Below, piece by piece: positions 53,381-64,000 of a stretch of 64,000 nucleotides of DNA; position 1 is the first letter of the stretch; each line of letters opens with the position of its first letter. The notes below the pieces were generated by a model. The model saw nothing but the letters and a program-made list of their open reading frames with translations, was not told the origin of the DNA and did no database searches. The stretch covers positions 75,764,001 to 75,828,000 of the forward strand of contig NC_043003.1 of assembly GCF_006345805.1 (NCBI RefSeq), given 5' to 3'. The stretch is from Octopus sinensis (taxonomy: Eukaryota). Both the position numbers and the translations under genes were made by a program.

Positions 53381-54315
53381 GAAGTCGCATGAATCTAACG
53401 CAACGTATTATCAGCTGCAAGGATGAGTGTATATTAGCAGAAGACCATGAATGGATATGTTAGTAGAAAGCTCAGAAATAATAGTAACATGGATCATTAA
53501 AGCAGTATATTATGGATCAACAACCGGATTACTAACTCCCAATTTGAAGGGTATGTGTTTGCAATCCAGGAACAGGAAATATCAATCAAATACCTGATGC
53601 ACAAGAGGGACAGAGATGCAGGAAAACAGTTAAATATGATAACCGATAAAGACTTTGTGGAGATAACGCCACAAATATTACCCACATCATAAGCATTTGT
53701 CCGAAAGTATCATCAGGGTATTATCAACCGATGAGACATGATGTTGTAGCTAGGGCACTGTATAACGAGATCCGTCAAATGCATAACCACGAGAGCAAAG
53801 AAATAAGAACCTGCAGTATGTTGAAGCCATAGCTACTCATAATATAAAGGAGTACTGGTGGAATGTCCCGGTGAATACTTCAATAAAATGTAGACAGAAT
53901 TGACCTAACATAATGATTTGGTACAGCGAAGAAAATGTCTGTACAGTTGTGGAAACCAGCTGCTCAGCAGACGTTAGGAAACTGCTGAAGGCGAGGGAAA
54001 AGAGAACACCTACGCTGGACTATAGAGAAATCTGCAGTTATTCTATCCAGATTACAAGTCCAGATTTATACCTGTATTTAGTGAAGCACTGATATATGTA
54101 ACACACTGCTTAAATATCAAACGTGAGAAATTAGGCTTCCCAAAACCAGAAAGGAGAAAGTTAATTCCAAGACTACAGAACTAATCTATCACTGGATCTG
54201 TAAACATCTGTAAAACTTTCCAGAAGTTGATAATTTAAATATATATGAGCATGTGTAGATATGCAAGTATATACATGAGACGACATAAATAAAACTGAAT
54301 AACTACACACATAGG
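53381..54315 (+). mobile_element. 5'-truncated R4/Dong-like non-LTR retrotransposon (CCHC knuckle and restriction-like endonuclease) inside (TACA)n
   Basis: Fragments RLCGDNATNITHIISICP, RHDVVARALY, EYWWNVPV, N*PNIMIW..VVETSC, EKENTY and YPDYK.RFIPV. (TACA)n lies directly at both ends. Confidence 0.8.
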
Positions 54316-54427
54316 TACATACATACGTACGTACGTACATACATACATACATACATACATACATACATACATACATACATACATACATGCATACATACAT
54401 ACATACATACATACATACATACATACA

Positions 54428-54456
<29 letters not shown>
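54316..54456. repeat. (TACA)n microsatellite (another tract at ~53224-53380)
   Basis: Directly visible. Confidence 0.95.
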
Positions 54457-54458
<2 letters not shown>

Positions 54459-54933
54459 TTGGGTATGGAAATATTTTACTTGTATAATTTATGTATCATC
54501 CTGTATGGATGTAGAAGTGTGTACAATATGGAAAGAAATATATATATATATATATATAGGAATGTATATGAGGTGAGAAATAACGAGAGCAGAAAAAATC
54601 TTTCAATTTATGACGAACAGAAAATTTCAAACAGAAAACACGACTGTTATTTAAGAAAAGATTTTAGTTCCAATAAAAATGTGTACGTGGAAAAGTGATT
54701 ATATATTTAAGTATATATATATATATGTTCGTATGTGTGACATATACAAATACATGTATACACATACGTACCCAAACATATGTCCATACATATAAATAAA
54801 TAAATTCATATGTGTGTGTGTGTGTGTATGTATGATAAATGGATATGGATATGGATACATAGATAGATATACGTGTGTATATAGATGTATATGTGTGTAT
54901 ATATATATATATATAGATGTGTATGTGTATATA

Positions 54934-55022
<89 letters not shown>

Positions 55023-56273
55023 CAGAAAAATATGCGAAAAATATGCTGAAATACATTCGAAATGGATATCTTTAGCGGCACCCATGCTTCCTCGGAAGTA
55101 CCTAATTAAAGAAATTGCAGGAGAACCAGAGGAAGAAACTAAACTTCGATGGGACCTTAGTTTGATAAAATTCAGGACCGACATCTCCATTACCCTGTCT
55201 AAACAATCCCGCTACAAAGCCAAATACGAAGCTATCGATGATCAAATCAGAGATGAAATATCCAAACTAACGACCGGCAATATAGCAGAAAAAATGCGGG
55301 AACTATGGATCAGAGATATCTCAAAAGAAGAAAGCAGATCAAGAAAGTTTTGGCAGCGGAAACAATTATTTCTCGACAAATATGCTACAAATTACGGTAT
55401 AGACACCAGAACTCCGAGAAATAGCATTAAAAGTGGACAACCTCACCAACGCAACATACACCAGAACACGTGGCAACATGAACACCCGTTTCACCACGAA
55501 TCGAAGACGAACTACGGTAAGAACTCTTCCCATTTTGTATGCAAATACCCTAATGCACACAACATGAACAAAAAGCACAAACAAAATAGATATTGTTTTG
55601 AACAGACCATTAGCAGTAGAAATAACAGGAGATCATTTTCAAGACCTCAACAGAGATTACCCACAAGAAACTGGACAAAAAACCGATCTAGATCTAGAAG
55701 TAAACCCAGATCATTTCTCCAGGTGGTTAAAAACAATGCTAACAAGGAATTGAAAAATAGTATACATAATACCAAAAACAAGACAGAAACCAAGTAAAAT
55801 ACCACAACCAAAACGCAAAATTCATCAAGCAAACATCAACAGGAATATAAATCATAACCAGAAAAAAATCCATTTTTTTACGTCAGGACAACAAACACCG
55901 GAGAAAGAAAAATCCAAGAGGAAACATACCCCAAACAACTGAACGTATAGATCCTAAAATAATTAATTTATCAAAAAGAGATCTTGACAATGATGAAATC
56001 CAACTTCTGTCAAAAGGACTGAAATTCCCACCTACACCAACAGCCAACCACCAAGAATTAAAGGAGGATATCCAAAAATTCTGTCGAAAATTACGACTTG
56101 TAGAATTCTTCGCTAACAAAAGTAATGAGATTGATGAATCCCTAGTAAGGAATAAATCAAATTTCACCCTACCAAAAGGAAGAAATAACTACCTTGACCA
56201 ATACATTGATATCCTGTCTAAATTTCCCCTTAGACGCAATACCAATGTTAGGCCAAACATTAGCAAATCAGAG

Positions 56274-58184
56274 ATGTCTGCATGTAAACGTATACAAAAC
56301 GATCAAACAATAATAATTAAACAAGCAGATAAAGGTGGTGCAATTGTTATTATGGATACCGAATACTATAAGGATTTGGTTGAAGACCAACTGAAGGATA
56401 CAACCTTCTATTGTGAAATACCCGCAAATATAGACCACCACATCATGAAAAAGATCAACAACCTGATTTCAACACACCACAACTCACTTACGGATAATGA
56501 AAAAGACTACATCACCAATTTTGAGCCAAAACCCAGCAACTTCTACGGCTTACCAAAAATACACAAATCAAAAAACATTCAACAGGCAGTAAAAGAACAA
56601 GAAAGTGAATACATAAAATTATTACATCCAAAAGACCTAAAACTTAGACCTATTATAGCTGGTCCAGCATGCCCTACACACCGTCTAAGCAATTTTATTG
56701 ACATTGTTTTGAAACCACTATGTACTTACATACCAAGTTTCATCAGGGATGACATCGACTTCCTGTCCCATCTTCCCAAAACAACAGAAACAAATTCAGT
56801 TTTACTAAGTTTTGATGTGGTAAGCCTCTACACCAATATTCCACACGCTTTAGGAATAAAGGCGATTAAATACTGGTTAGAAAAACATAGAGAAGTGATT
56901 CCCAGCAGATTCACAGTGCCATTTATATTAGACACAGTCAAACTTATTCTAGAAAATAACACATTCTTCTTCAATGGAAAGAATTACATCCAAATTAGAG
57001 GCACGGCGATGGGAACGAGGTTTGCTCCCGTTTACGCCAACTCTGTAATGGGATACTTAGAAGAACAACTCTACCAAGAGGTGGAGGTAAACTATGGCAC
57101 TGGATTTAGAAAGTATATTGAAAAGGCATGGAAGAGATACCTAGACGACTGTTTCATAATCTGGACAGAATCTCTAAATACTCTGGAAGAGTTCAATATC
57201 CTCCTGAACAACCTACACCCATCTTTCCAATTTACAAAGGAGATGAGTAGTACCAAATTACCATTCCTGGATATAATGGTAATTAAAAAAGACACCACAA
57301 TCACCACAGATATATACTATAAACACACAGACACACATCAATACCTAAATTTTAAGTCGTGCCATCCACCATATACAAAACGTAACATCCCATACTGCCT
57401 AGCCAGAAGAATTTGTACTATTGTAGAAGATGCAAATATCAGGAACAAACGCCTAATAGAACTAAGAGAATTTTTGCTCAAACAAAAATACCCATCTCTA
57501 CTTATAGAAAATGGCATACAGCGGGCTATAAAAATACCCATACAACAACTTAGGACAACCCAAGGAAGAGGAAAACAAGAACAAGTCATACTATTCATAG
57601 TGACACACAACCCATGTCACCAGAATATCTTCAACATTGCCAAAGCAAACCTACCAATCATTGCCCAAAGTAATAAATTAAAAGACATAATCACGGATCG
57701 AGCTATGGTGCTTAGTAAAAGACAGCCTAAAAACTTGAAAACATTACTAACAAAGGCAAAATTTGACCTCAGCCACAAAGACCAAACATTCACGGTATCT
57801 AAATGCAATGATAGCCGATGTGGCACATGCCAATTCATACATACCGGTCAATATATAAACACAAAAACCGGGAAAATATTCACAAACGCGAATATGAATT
57901 GCAAAAGCAGAAATTTAATTTACTGCATCAAATGCCCAAATTGTGAAGAAATATATGTAGGTCAGACGGGAAACGCACTATTAGAACGCTCACGTGTACA
58001 CCGGCAACAGATTAGAGACCCAGAGGTCCGTCAGATACCTTTGAGTAACCACCTAGCAACATGTGGTCGGAAAATATATATAATATTTCCATTCTACAAA
58101 TTACACAGCCCAAGTGAAATCGAGAGGAAAATCAGAGAAAAGAATTTTATTGATAAATTCGAACCCAAGCTAATTAAGCAATAA
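56274..58184 (+). CDS. PLE reverse transcriptase and GIY-YIG endonuclease (frame open upstream to 55851)
   Basis: Motifs ADKGGAIVIMD, FYGLPKIHK, SFDVVSLYTNIP, GTAMGTRFAP, WKRYLDDCF, PFLDI and IYCIKCPNCEEIYVGQTG. No internal stop. Confidence 0.9.
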   Translation: MSACKRIQNDQTIIIKQADKGGAIVIMDTEYYKDLVEDQLKDTTFYCEIPANIDHHIMKKINNLISTHHNSLTDNEKDYITNFEPKPSNFYGLPKIHKSKNIQQAVKEQESEYIKLLHPKDLKLRPIIAGPACPTHRLSNFIDIVLKPLCTYIPSFIRDDIDFLSHLPKTTETNSVLLSFDVVSLYTNIPHALGIKAIKYWLEKHREVIPSRFTVPFILDTVKLILENNTFFFNGKNYIQIRGTAMGTRFAPVYANSVMGYLEEQLYQEVEVNYGTGFRKYIEKAWKRYLDDCFIIWTESLNTLEEFNILLNNLHPSFQFTKEMSSTKLPFLDIMVIKKDTTITTDIYYKHTDTHQYLNFKSCHPPYTKRNIPYCLARRICTIVEDANIRNKRLIELREFLLKQKYPSLLIENGIQRAIKIPIQQLRTTQGRGKQEQVILFIVTHNPCHQNIFNIAKANLPIIAQSNKLKDIITDRAMVLSKRQPKNLKTLLTKAKFDLSHKDQTFTVSKCNDSRCGTCQFIHTGQYINTKTGKIFTNANMNCKSRNLIYCIKCPNCEEIYVGQTGNALLERSRVHRQQIRDPEVRQIPLSNHLATCGRKIYIIFPFYKLHSPSEIERKIREKNFIDKFEPKLIKQ

Positions 58185-58501
58185 TAATAATACTTAGAGG
58201 TATTAATTCCACTGCTACCACCATGACCACTAACAACAACAACAATACTAAAGGTGATCAAGATGAAGATAGCAGGAAAATTATCTTATTTAGGGTTAAA
58301 AGTTCTATTGCCACCACCATCACCACTAGCAACAATAATTAAGGTGCTGACAATGATGATGATGACAATTGAAATATAAAAATATAAAAATCTCTGACAA
58401 AGGATATTTACAACATTTCTAAAAATAACTCAACAATTGCTGCTTCGGCCAGGGTCAAGATACAGGACTCTTGACATGTCCAACAAAGCTTGATGCCTAA
58501 A

Positions 58502-58616
58502 CCAATCAGCTCAACCAACCAATCAGCTTAAGTAATTGAGTGATACTACACACTGATTGGTCAGAATACAGTTTGCAAAACCTAGCACTCTGGAGCCTCT
58601 CCCAGCTGTATTTATA
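58502..58616 (+). promoter_or_regulatory. Putative pLTR internal Pol II promoter
   Basis: CCAATCAG at 58502 and 58519, inverted CTGATTGG at 58553, and TATA-like TATTTATA at 58609-58616. Confidence 0.45.
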
Positions 58617-58679
58617 GCACAGAATCAATCATCTTGCTACAGTCGAAAATTGTGAAGCATGACTGTCAACACTACTACA

Positions 58680-58724
58680 TGAACCCGAAGATTGCAGAAT
58701 TCAATGCATGAAAGTACTAGTTCA
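58680..58724 (+). ncRNA. Minimal hammerhead ribozyme motif (U4C core) in the PLE 3' pLTR
   Basis: TGAAC-CCGAAGA-T-TGCA-GAATTCAA-TGCA-T-GAAA-GTAC-T-A-GTTCA: perfect 5-bp stem I and palindromic stem III AGTACT. Confidence 0.7.
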
Positions 58725-58931
58725 ATCAGAATGAATATTTAACATTCTACTATTCATTTTATTTTATTCAATTATAATATATTATCTTATAATATATCAT
58801 TATAAGATTGTAAATAAAACGTGAAAATCAGACAAGGTTGGAATTCTTTTTATTAATATATTCTTCTATACACAATCACACACACCCATATATATATATA
58901 TATATATATAATATATATATATATACATATT

Positions 58932-58968
<37 letters not shown>

Positions 58969-58969
58969 G

Positions 58970-59043
<74 letters not shown>

Positions 59044-59207
59044 TTATATATATTGAAGGGAAAGGAATATGGAGAAAGAATGAATATATGAGTAATTTAT
59101 TTTTATGTTATAAAATGATGAAAATGCTTTTAAAAAGCATAACAGTACAAATAAATTGATTACAAGTTGTAAAAGCACAAAAAGTAAAATAAAGGAGCTT
59201 AAATATA

Positions 59208-60391
59208 TTTGCTTGTTTCACATGAAATGTCGCATTTTAATTACTTGTTATTTCAGTCATTTAAAAACACAATTACGTATACCTTGCATTTAATATTGAA
59301 TATTTTCCTTTCCCAACAATATTCGTATACAAATTCGTACCCACAGATTTTATGAAAATAACAACCAAACTATTTTAAGTGATTATCTCGTATGAGTACA
59401 AACTGGGTCACTCTGTCGCAGAAGCTCTACGGAATATGAAACGGGCCTTTGGTAATGGCTTTGTTGAAATGAGAACTGTGAGGAGATGGTGCCAACGCTC
59501 TCGCTCAAGAGATGATAGCCTTGGAAATAAACCAATGGTTAGACCAAAATCAGTTACTTGGCATAATAGATTAAATGCTTTGGTTGAACAAAATCCGAGA
59601 ACAAACGCTTGAAAACGTTCTTCAGAACTCCAAACATCTCGCTCAACGGTCTTTTGACACCTCTGTAGAACGAGAGGCAAAGAAAGAGACGCCTCAAAGT
59701 GTGCTCCTTATTGCTTTCTTGACTGGAAAAAAGACCGTTTTTGCATCAAATCATTACTTCTGATGGGAAATGGATACTCTTTGACAACAGCAGGAGAGCA
59801 GGACAGTGATTAGATGCAGAAGAGTCACCTAAACACTACCCAAACCAACCACCGCCCCATAGAATATTAGTTGTCCCTGTATGGCGGTCTGCTAATTATT
59901 CTTTATTCATTTTTGCAACAAGGAAAAACGGTGTCAGCAACATTGAATTGCTAGGAAATTGATTGTATGCATGGGAATTTGAAAAAGAAACAACCCAGAT
60001 TAATGAGGAGAGATAGCCCAATTTTGCTCCAAGACAATGCACATCCTCGCATTCCACAAGCTACGGTCCAAAAGTTGCAAAGATTGAATTATGAGATTTT
60101 GCAAAATTCTCCCTATTCCCCTGGTATCTCTCCTACTGATCATCACTTACTTAAGCATTTTAAGTGTTATATAAGTAATAAAAGATTTTTAAATATAGAA
60201 GAGGTAATTGAAGCATTCGGACAGTTTATCACAGCAAAAGATGAATTTTTTTGTAAGATGGAATTTATGACATAGAGTAAAGATCACAAAGGAATATGAA
60301 TCATACTTTGATAAATAAATCAGTTCTCTAAAGCTTCTGTAACATTTTATTGTTACCTTTCATATACGACATTACATGTGAAACAACCTAA
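59208..60391 (+). mobile_element. Mariner (Tc1/mariner) transposon, degenerate, with TIRs and TA target duplication
   Basis: TIRs TA|TTTGCTTGTTTCACATGAAATGTCG ... CGACATTACATGTGAAACAACCTAA|TA. Transposase fragments: YEYKLGH..AEA.RN..AFG, ITSDGKWILFDN, LLQDNAHP and PYSPGISPTDHH. Confidence 0.9.
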
Positions 60392-60655
60392 TATGTTTCA
60401 GTCCTATCACCTAGCTGATCAAAAGTTCTAAGCATCTGGTTAAATGCTTAGAAAGGTATCATATTCTAGCTATAAGGTGTAGGATTTTCTTCAGGGTTAA
60501 TTATGAACTTATGGAACTTAGGTTATCTTCGTTTCTTTTGAAGGATGCATACAGAGTATTATTGAGTTGAACAAGTTAAAAGGTATATATAGTAAGTGTA
60601 TCTAAGTGATGGGATCTATTTATTCATGAATATACCATGTATTAGACTCACTTTC

Positions 60656-60853
60656 GTCACGTGTCAGCGACGAGAGAATCGAGGAGGGAGAGAGAGGGAA
60701 CGGTGATGAGTAAAGGATAAGAATAGGGAAAGGTGGGAGAGAAAAACCAGAAAGGATGAAGTAAAAGCGAGGGAGAGATATAGACAGAGAAGAGATAGTA
60801 AAGATAGAAGAGTGTGCATCGTAATTATTAAGATAAAATTTGGAAAAGGATGC
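60656..60853 (-). repeat. ~200-bp repeat, inverted relative to 63672-63867; partial direct copy at 60965-61045
   Basis: GTCACGTGTCAGCGACGAGAGAATCGAGGAGG pairs with CCTCCTCGATTCTCTTGTCGCTGACACGTGAC. Confidence 0.8.
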
Positions 60854-61659
60854 TAATATAAATAATATATAAATATATGAATATATACATACATATATAT
60901 ACATACCTACATATATATGTATATATATATATGTATAAATGTAGGTATGTACATATATGTATGTATATATGCATATATTTATATATTATTTATATTTTTC
61001 TATGATCGAACACCACGCATCCTTTTCCAAGAAAATTTTATCTTATTTATTTATACATATATCTATGTATACACATTCACACACAGGTTTAATCACTCTC
61101 ACACATATATTCATTCATACATATCAGAGGAGTGGATGTGTGCACGTTTGCATTACTGTTTTTGAGAATATTTGCGTGATTGATGACGTGTTGTAATTTA
61201 TAATCACATCATTAATGAGTGATGATTGGTGTAGTATATACTGTCCTCAAAGTTATTCTTGCAGTATTTCGTTTGTTAATGAGAATTTATTGAATTGTAA
61301 ATTAATTATTTAGGTCTTGAATTATTCATCTAATTTCCTTACTCGATCAATTGCTTTGTAAAATTTATTGCGAATAGACACATCCCTGCCACATACACAC
61401 ATACGGCCACAGACAATGTCTACACTGTATATTTATAAACCTTCACATAAGCATATAGTGTGATAAAGTCAAAGTAGAGATAGGGAAAATAAATATTGTT
61501 CAGATATATTATCAATGTTCTGTTTCTCGTTCATCGCTTTTTTACTAGACTTATATATTTTTTTAGTACATACACAAAAAGATACACAAATGCAGACATA
61601 CACAAACAATCATGCTCACACACGTATAGATATGTATGTTTTTACATGTAATAAATATG

Positions 61660-61755
<96 letters not shown>

Positions 61756-61759
61756 ATTT

Positions 61760-63425
61760 ATTTATTTAAACGTCACAAAACATGTATTAAAGCGTTACTA
61801 ATAGTTTCATATATTGAGAAAACACAAACATATTCTTCAGGTGCAAACATATTCTTCACGTATCATTACGAACTAAAGAAATTCAATAATAGAAGAAACG
61901 CAAAAAAAAAACTGAGAAGGGAACATATAGAAAACTCAGACAGTACGAAAAACAGAAATGAAAACGAAAAACAGAAATGAAAATCAGGAACTGAGATCTA
62001 AAAAGTAAAAAAAGTGAAAGAGCTATCCTCCTTAGACCATAAGTGATAATGTTGAAAATATATCAAGTCCGTCAGGAATAGGCGGAAATTTTCTATTCTT
62101 CAAAATATATTTATAGATATGCATGCAACTACTGAACATTTCTGACCTGCAGCTCAATAGAGAGTTAAGGATCTTAGATCTGCACTCTTTTAGCCAATGT
62201 CTACATTTATTTGATTCATTCACATAAGGTATGGATTTCTCATTTACTTTCCATTTAATCACACGAGGTGTTTCGTAAGTCCATACGTAGCTAGCCAACT
62301 TAGTAGTTTTACCAATTTCCCTATGTCTGAAGGAGGTTATGTGATCGGCATAGTGATTTTTAAATTCACCTTCACACAATCCAATATAGGTCTTCTTACA
62401 AGTTGTATTATTATTTAGGGTTGTAGTAACTTCTGCCGATAGATTAAGTCATACATCTCTGGTCAAGTGGGCAGGATCCTGGGTCGCGTCAGTTGCAACT
62501 GGATTCAGGCTTTTGGTGTTGATTACGTGTAGTGATACTCTTCATATTGGAGCAGTAGTTATATGATAATTTCACAGGAAGCCTATTGAATATTTTTCTG
62601 TACCTGTGAGTTGCTCGAAAGTATTTATTTAGGATAGACAGGAAGCTTTTACCAATGTGAGTTTTCGTATTAAGGGAACCAAATAGTTTTCGTGGCCTCT
62701 TTTTAGGTTTCTTCTTATCCTGATTAATACTAAAGTGGTTATGTAATACTTTATCTTTGTTGCCACTAGATCTATTATTAATATTTTGATTATTAGAGGG
62801 ATTCTATATTAATTTATCTTTGAGGCCACTATTGGTTAGGGCCTTGTTATAATAGGGGGCAGCTTTCTCGAAAATTTCTTTGAAAGAATAGAGGTTATAC
62901 ACTTTGTTACTAATATTAGCTATCAGGATTTTAAATACTAGAGGAAGGTGCCAAGACTGTTTATGTATATATGCGAGTTTCTCATAGGGATTATCTAAAG
63001 ATTTATATGAGGAGTTTAAATGTAGGGAAACATCTAAATCATAAACTATAGAGAGATTAGTGGCTACTGTAATTTGAAGTCCTAATAGATTTAAGGTAGA
63101 AATGTGTTGCTTCCTAAATCTATCAAGGGTGTGACCATCACATTCATGAGAAATACCCAAACCATCGTCACGGTATAGGTCATTGATATGAGATGGGTAT
63201 CTATACCTCAATGTGCTTAATATAAATAAATCTACAAGATCACAGACGTCAGCACTATCATGTGACCCCAGATATACATCAAATAGTTCATCATTATGCG
63301 ACGTTTTTACCCATGCTAAGCCTTCTATTACAGTAATACACTTATTCTATTGTTGAAGACCAGCAATTTCCCTAATTCTATTATTAATATTTCTAAGTAT
63401 TTTTTTTTAGATACTAGCCTAATTT
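61760..63425 (-). mobile_element. Degenerate Penelope-like element resembling the Naiad clade (RT and GIY-YIG remnants)
   Basis: Fragments AWVK...FDVYLGSHDSADVCDLV, LYRDDGL, FEKAAPYYNKAL and CEGEFK..Y.DH.TSFRH...T.LA.YVW...IKW....PY.N.S.KC. A degenerate hammerhead at 61794-61844 has intact CTGAAGA and GAAAC. Confidence 0.7.
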
Positions 63426-63563
63426 CAGATCTATATATATATATATATCAGTGAGAGAGAATTATATTACAGTAGAAGAAATAGCTAAGTTTTTTGCTGG
63501 TGATTCCCAAAAGTTCGGTGTGTGGTAAAGTAAATTATTTTACTGAACCCTATTTTTATAAAG

Positions 63564-63628
<65 letters not shown>

Positions 63629-64000
63629 TATATTTATACATTATTTATATTATTATATGATCGAACGCCACGCATCTTTTTCCAAGTAAGTTTTATCTTA
63701 ATGATTACGATGCGCACTGTTCTATCTCTACTATCCCTCCTCTATCTATCTCTCTTCTTCATTATTTCTGCTTTTCTCTCCCACCCTTCCCTATTCTTCT
63801 TCTCTCCCCTTCACTGTTCTCTATCTATCACTCCTCCTCCTCGATTCTCTTGTCGCTGACACGTGACTAAAGGAAATCTATCTTTCTGCTCACTACCCTC
63901 GTAAAGACAAAGTGTGCTTATACAATCTCATCCTCGTCCTCCTAGCGTTCATAATCATTTTTCTATAGTCTTGGCTTAACGGCTCTCACCGTTTGTTTTT

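Larger units (their letters stand above)
55020..58830 (+). mobile_element. Near-intact Penelope-like element (Neptune-type) with a 3' pseudo-LTR
   Basis: N-terminal domain ORF 55020-55797, RT-EN frame open from 55851 to 58184, linker CNDSRCGTC, and a 3' UTR with CCAAT/TATA motifs and a hammerhead. Flanked by (TA)n. Confidence 0.9.

Noticed and set aside
55517-55722. Possible GT-AG intron in the second PLE that might join its two ORFs
   Set aside because: Removing it gives GGT GGT TAA, an immediate stop, so it does not restore the frame.

Overview
This is AT-rich, microsatellite-dense eukaryotic DNA. It looks like intronic or intergenic sequence of an octopus (coleoid cephalopod); that assignment is recalled from the SINE families, not obtained by a search. 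No host protein-coding gene could be identified with confidence, only scattered short exon-like segments. The window is dominated by mobile elements. There are at least five Penelope-like elements (PLEs): a full-length Neptune-type copy with a ~550-bp inverted pseudo-LTR (7753-11995), a near-intact Neptune-type copy (55020-58830), a Naiad-like remnant (61760-63425), a GIY-YIG remnant (22317-22720) and an internally deleted copy (28590-30205). Other elements include a CR1/L2-type LINE, RTE, L1/Tx1 and R4/Dong-like LINE remnants, two mariner remnants, a Chapaev3-like transposon remnant, a non-autonomous Helitron, fold-back MITEs, about 15 tRNA-derived SINEs of two families, and an ~850-bp tandem duplication. 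The most striking hidden signal is eight minimal hammerhead-ribozyme-like motifs, found by manual folding. They include a U3-A8 covariant core, a U4C core, one with a ~100-nt stem II insertion, and one fused to a tRNA-derived Pol III head. Several retroelement classes also appear to sit in specific microsatellites (TA, TACA, TAA). Repeat coordinates are approximate (+/- ~10 nt), and identities are hand counts.
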